Shown one piece after another: positions 33,301 through 36,052 of a stretch of DNA of 36,052 nt (position 1 is the first letter of the stretch; every line of letters begins with the position of its first letter). The notes under the pieces were generated by a model. That model was not told the origin of the DNA. It ran no database searches and saw nothing but the letters and a program-made list of their open reading frames with translations. Where the stretch lies: contig CATLUC010000004.1 of NCBI GenBank assembly GCA_950059165.1, positions 1 to 36,052 on the forward strand. The letters run 5' to 3'. This DNA is from an uncultured Clostridium sp. (lineage in GTDB: Bacteria > Bacillota > Clostridia > TANB77 > CAG-508). The position numbers and the translations under genes are program-made.

Positions 33301-35616
33301 TTCTGGTGTAGTTGCTAAACGTTCTATGCGTCCTGCTATTAGGTGCTCTTTGTTTGTTTGTATTTTTACTGTTATTGTGTTGTCATTTGCTATATTAGTA
33401 GTTTGATTTAAGTCGAATTTTTTTCCTTCTTCTCTTTCTACTATGTATTCTAGTGTGAATTCTTTTGGTGCTTTTAATTTTATTTCTACTTCTTGGTCTT
33501 TTTCACTTTTTACTAGTATGTTGTATATCCATTGGTTTTTTGTTACTCCTAGGAATGAACCTAAGAATATCTTTGCTTTTGCTGGTTTTATTGTGTTTGT
33601 TGTTTGGTATGTTTCACTTTCTGTTTCTCCTACATATGCTTTTATTGTTGTTTCTATTTCTTTTTGGTTTTGTCCTTCTTGTAAGTCATTTGCTTTTACT
33701 TCGTAGTATTTGGTAATAGTTTCTCCTGGTTTTAGTGTTCCTATTTCTATTTCTTTTTGTTTTGTTTCTGGTTTTAGGTGGTATTCGTATTTTCCTGTTG
33801 TTTTTTCGTATTCTGCTTCTAATTCGGCGTATGTAACTCCTTCTGGGATGTTTGCTATTACTTTTACGTTTTCCATTTTATTTTCTGTTGTGTTTGTTAT
33901 TTTTATGTTGTTTTTTACGTATTCTCCCTCATATATTGTTTCTTCTGCTGTTGTTGCTACTTCTAGTTTTAACCCTTCTATTGCTTGTTTGCTTTCTTGT
34001 GCTATTTGGTAGTTTTGTTCTGTTTGTTCTGTAAATGTTGGTTGTTCTTCTTTGTAGCTTTCTATTTTTAATGGTAGTTCTTTGTTTCCTGTTTCTGTTC
34101 CACCATCTAGTGTGTATTGGTTTGTGTATGCTAGTTGAATATTTGTTGTTGTGTTTTCTATGTCTTTTTTTAGAATGATTGTTGCTGTTATTTTTACGTC
34201 TGTTGATAGTTCTATTGCGTTTTCACTATATTGGTTTTGTTCTCCTTCTAGTTTTGTGGTTATTACTTGGTTTCCATTTTCGTTTGTTTCTACTGTTGTT
34301 TCTTTTATTTGTAGTCCGTTTTCATGGAATATGCTACTGTTTTGTATTATTACTTTTTCTACTTCATTTGGTAGTTCGATTTTTAGTTCTGGGTTTTTGA
34401 ACATATTGTCTTTTGCTGTATTTGCGTTTAGGTTTATGTCAAATGTGATTTCGTTTTGTTGTTTGTTTGTCCATTCGTTGTTGTTTATGTTCATTTGTAT
34501 GTTTGTTTTTGCTTCTTTTATTGTTGTTGTGTTTTCGTTTGTGTCTGTGTATGTTTCTTCTTTGTTTATTCTTGTTATTTGGTTTGTTGTTTTTATGTTT
34601 GCGTTTGTGTTTTTCATTTCACTTTTGATTTCTTTTGTGTTTTCTATTTGTAGTGTTCCTATGTCTTGGATTTTGCTTGTTTTTATTGTTATTTCATTTG
34701 GTTCGTTTTCATAGATTATTGTTTTGTTTTCATCTTCTTCCCAATTTGTTTCTTGGTTAATAATAGCTAGTTGGTTTCCCTCACTATCTAAGATTTCTAG
34801 TGTTCCGTTTTCTCCTAATATTTTTTCTATGTTTTGTTTGTTTATTTTGCTTGATTTGTATACTAGGTTGTAATCTTCAATTGTACTATTTTCTTTTATT
34901 TCTAAGTTTTCTTGTGCTTCTTTTTTGCTGATGAAGATTTCTTGTTGTTCTTTATATTGTGTACTATAGTTTGTTCCATTTATTTGGTTTGATTTTATGT
35001 AACCGTTATATATTTCTTGTGTTTCATGATTTATTGAGGTTATTGTTCCTATATTTTCAGATGCTACTGTTTCTAATTGTTTTTGTGCTTCTATTGTTAT
35101 TTCATTTTCTGCTTCTAGTTCTGCTTTTGCTGATATTTGAATTGATAGGTCTTTTTCTTCTTTTTCTTCTGTATATGTATTGTAATAGCATATAATTGTG
35201 TATTCATCTGCTATTTTTTTGTTTGTTTTTATTGTTACTTTTCCGTCGTTTTTGTTGTATTCATAGTTGATTTGATTGCTGTTATTGTTTGTTTCAACTA
35301 TTTTTACGTCATAGGGATATTTACCGTCGATTTCTTTTAATTCGATGGTTGTTTCACTGTTTTTGACTGGAATGTAATTGTCTTTTTCGTATTCCATTTT
35401 TTCTTTGATTTTGTATTGTACTAGTGTTTCTTTGTTTTGGCTTTCATTGTAGTTTATATATTTTTCTAGTTCTGCTTCTAATAATAGTGTTTGTTCTTTT
35501 GAGCCAAAACTTATACTTGGCAATATTTTTATTCCTAATACTATTGTTGATATTATTGCTAGTATTAGTAATGTGTATGCCATTGTTTTTGTTTTGTTGT
35601 TTGTTTTTTTGTTCAT
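27310..35616 (-). CDS. Copy D: intact 2768-aa giant surface protein (fused N-half + C-half) with SdrD-B/Cna-B/DUF11-like domains and a TPATG-TM-KKK sorting-like tail
   Basis: Single uninterrupted ORF, AGGAGG RBS, signal peptide, ISGVAWLDQNEDG and LSGYVWED SdrD-B-type motifs, internal double hydrophobic segment, C-terminal anchor. Confidence 0.92.
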   Translation of the reverse strand: MNKKTNNKTKTMAYTLLILAIISTIVLGIKILPSISFGSKEQTLLLEAELEKYINYNESQNKETLVQYKIKEKMEYEKDNYIPVKNSETTIELKEIDGKYPYDVKIVETNNNSNQINYEYNKNDGKVTIKTNKKIADEYTIICYYNTYTEEKEEKDLSIQISAKAELEAENEITIEAQKQLETVASENIGTITSINHETQEIYNGYIKSNQINGTNYSTQYKEQQEIFISKKEAQENLEIKENSTIEDYNLVYKSSKINKQNIEKILGENGTLEILDSEGNQLAIINQETNWEEDENKTIIYENEPNEITIKTSKIQDIGTLQIENTKEIKSEMKNTNANIKTTNQITRINKEETYTDTNENTTTIKEAKTNIQMNINNNEWTNKQQNEITFDINLNANTAKDNMFKNPELKIELPNEVEKVIIQNSSIFHENGLQIKETTVETNENGNQVITTKLEGEQNQYSENAIELSTDVKITATIILKKDIENTTTNIQLAYTNQYTLDGGTETGNKELPLKIESYKEEQPTFTEQTEQNYQIAQESKQAIEGLKLEVATTAEETIYEGEYVKNNIKITNTTENKMENVKVIANIPEGVTYAELEAEYEKTTGKYEYHLKPETKQKEIEIGTLKPGETITKYYEVKANDLQEGQNQKEIETTIKAYVGETESETYQTTNTIKPAKAKIFLGSFLGVTKNQWIYNILVKSEKDQEVEIKLKAPKEFTLEYIVEREEGKKFDLNQTTNIANDNTITVKIQTNKEHLIAGRIERLATTPETTASKIELTATATATLDGTTYKSNENRIMYGYENIEVDMKSSNEGEEVKYDEEINYELTITNTGRTNLDNALYSAIQINVADFLPENVKPISVTYDNWKQEKIEQKEGGYKLTNNFEKQEAITEEIYEATKNENKLPDINLYLTIPYGESSKINIKTTAKAVFEKTKVENSATITGELIKEKTSNVVTHTILPINNEEQIENPGEKPSNPENPENPGEKPSNPGETPENPENPSSTNNSISGVAWLDQNEDGQRQTGEPLLNGIKVILLDTKDATIVKESQTDNSGAYRFTDVKAGNYIVIFQYDTNTYRVTAYQKNGISTTSNSDAAEKELTLNGNNIKVGVIEINNLQTSISHMDIGLVQNKICDFKLDKVISKVTVTTKNGTKQYGYQNEKLAKVEIKAKEIEGTTVVIEYKIAITNEGEIPSTIGKVIDYLPEGLTFSSEMNTNWSATGNGQIINTSISNQKIEPGKSVELTLIATKKMTANNTGTFTNAAEIGDITNSLGIKDKDSTPANKEKGEDDYGEATIIISVSTGIVVYISIGIVLVALVGIGIFIASKYGLLKLGKVSLFGAILIAVIITGGMQITSQAAIAPATDYFTFVGDPDGYHENGYGATGFWGSQVGMASCAQPGAAAVGGTFTKVGMSYGSTSRQLIKRDDISINMRKLNDDIQMRTTGSECIFGPFQFYSSTQGDKGYQVTVTNRNGSNIGYTLCDSNGNGTTLSGTGNLTFYIKVSTSSCKDGIAKVKVGTSKSGTEKWQIIKQGHVYYSNPNGQDVITDSVFTEESREEEIPIYNEKEIEWTNIRGAIEVIKVDADNANKKLEGVKITIQVGGSTYTQTTDANGRIYIENLPANTNCSIIEIENPHYGYNPDAKANTTIGSGQILTYTLTNLKHTGNLLLEKKDKETGKPLDGMSFKIKGAQGYIIVKDTNGNTQSTVTGTIYVGGMEYTSNESGATEFITDANGKLQIFNLLEGNYTVIETSVGNKHYGYEVDDDYITWTADGSSGKGQQIPVTIKRQKSYDTEPGGANVGNNITVYNERKYIKLSGYVWEDIIDGKTSERNGLFKDTESKNTENGLNLPDTKDLLFNNIEVKLKDKTTNQIVQHDKTGQEMKQLTSKLDQYLDVGNNGNGEYQFVDILKRNLDKYYVEFEYDGLTYTNVVPNTSKNNGSKAAESEQERNQFNENFAIVEGSGRNTGITKDSNGTKKHDLTYTINEAEHTAKLNSQGEYQNINNEYMTQNKIGNYPITANTEAASFNLKDHYVAGEEELRFVNLGLYKREQPDIALIKDIQNVRLAVNGYEHTYTYDQRFVNAGEYGGEGFNVGVKFGSKYGNMTYTRPVYKSDYDYINENNKDKELKAYITYKITMKNQSSSLNVQVNSLSDYYDSRYELINVGTNLDEKGNVNGELAHSETSYNQEYTKMTIDNSKNSKIQAQKEQTIYVQFKLSREQVATILKDKNVGEKADTNGLLNNIIEITSYSIFDGEKRYAGIDEDSNPGNATPEQENTYEDDTDKAPALQLEVTDARELEGKVFEDQVVAENGQNPNKVMTAKIRTGSGAYEEGEKGIQGVEITLTENTGSGKIYQTKTDENGDFYISNYIPGDYTLTYTWGDKTYQVQYYKGTVYDSTRNQTNKKWYKENVEKRLTDATDNYNKEQEAPKGSRLQIDEEIKKNNKDTNGKITRTKMESTTPTMGLGVEYEDIYTASSGDKYTYRVKNVDYGIIERAKQDIQLEKRVKSMKATLANGQVIVDLKIDENGNITGQRDSISYMKPDEFNNGFIKLELDNELIQGTKIEVEYGIKATNISELDYMSEKFYKYGIVDGKLVTIEPTGIIDYLDREWAFDSSNNPNWTVIEKQEELEKLVYENVYKNEDTKINEKTILYTEALKQQLDPGKFAEVGLKVSKIISSTDEISLDNETEVVETNKPGGAKTQSTPGNYVPGAGHTEADDSMAETTIVTPATGENKNYIIPAITGITAFITLAVGVIFIKKKVM
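32597..32700 (-). repeat. Pro/Asn/Glu linker tandem repeat (ENPGEKPSNP/ENP) in copy D
   Basis: Visible in the translation; the equivalent linker is NNP-rich in A (~5606-5660) and D/N-rich in B1 (~14805-14895). Confidence 0.8.
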
Positions 35617-35686
35617 TTTAAACCTCCTAAATCATTAGGTATTTTTATAGTTTTCTATTTTTTCTTATACCTAATCTTTCTATTTT

Positions 35687-35716
35687 ATTATATATACTTT
35701 TTTTGAAAAAAATCAA
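35687..35716 (-). promoter_or_regulatory. Possible promoter of copy D (TTGATT-18-TATAAT)
   Basis: Consensus -10 about 70 bp upstream of the start; the AT-rich context makes chance matches likely. Confidence 0.4.
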
Positions 35717-36031
35717 CTTTTTTCTTTGGTGTTTTGCTTAGATACTTGTTTTTTCTTCTTACGGATATTTTGCTTTTTTGTTTATTTTTGTAAAATATTA
35801 TTTTTTTATTACATTTTGTAATTTTTTGTAATATTTGACACGGTTTATTATTATTATACACTTTTTTGTTATATTTTTCAATGGTTTTGGGCAAAAAAAT
35901 AACCTTTTATGTGAATTTGAAGTTTTTGTTACGTTTGGATATGAAAGTTTTTCACTTTTTTTTATTTTTTTCATATAATATTACATAGTTTTGTTTGTTT
36001 TGCATATTTTTAAGTATAAGAGGTGGTTGTT

Positions 36032-36052
36032 TTGAATAATATGAATTTTGAT
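36032..36052 (+). CDS. Possible start of a divergent gene running off the window
   Basis: TTCACT-17-TATAAT at 35951-35979, RBS-like AGAGGTG near 36019, in-frame TTG 36032 and ATG 36041; only 7 codons visible. Confidence 0.3.

Noticed and set aside
102-35616. Stop-codon reassignment or readthrough
   Set aside because: Homology continues in a different frame rather than through stops, and genes end normally at TAA.
161-35621. Dozens of plus-strand ORFs rich in F/L/V/S/C
   Set aside because: Antisense shadows of A-rich minus-strand genes; no recognisable motifs.
2820-35894. Short minus-strand ORFs 2820-3086, 12895-13080, 18330-18512, 26506-26739 and 35688-35894
   Set aside because: Alternative-frame artefacts inside larger genes, or ORFs inside repeat or promoter DNA, with no coding support.

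Overview
Very AT-rich, low-GC Bacillota DNA (probably an uncultured gut Clostridia lineage; this is inference). All complete genes lie on the minus strand, and the many plus-strand ORFs are shadow ORFs. The window holds a tandem array of paralogous giant cell-surface proteins with SdrD-B/Cna-B/SpaA-like and DUF11-like Ig folds, variable tip domains and PxTG/xxTG+TM+KK tails. They are copy D (35616-27310, intact, 2768 aa), copy C (23992-18562), a split pair B1 (18186-13837) and B2 (13814-9011), and copy A (8641-102). A type IV pilin-like adhesin and a small membrane coiled-coil protein lie between D and C. Main discovery: the apparently fragmented paralogs do not look like randomly decayed pseudogenes. 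Eight of their nine frame breaks are +1 shifts at an in-frame CGG codon followed by A. Reading CGGA as one residue (C skipped, GGA=Gly) restores a gap-free alignment to the paralogs. A manual scan found no other in-frame CGG in about 33 kb of coding sequence. This suggests a systematic CGG-triggered +1 frameshift or quadruplet-like decoding rule. One such site, conserved in three paralogs, controls attachment of the C-terminal anchor. The intergenic regions carry a repeated promoter module and a MITE/REP-like element bounded by inverted repeats.
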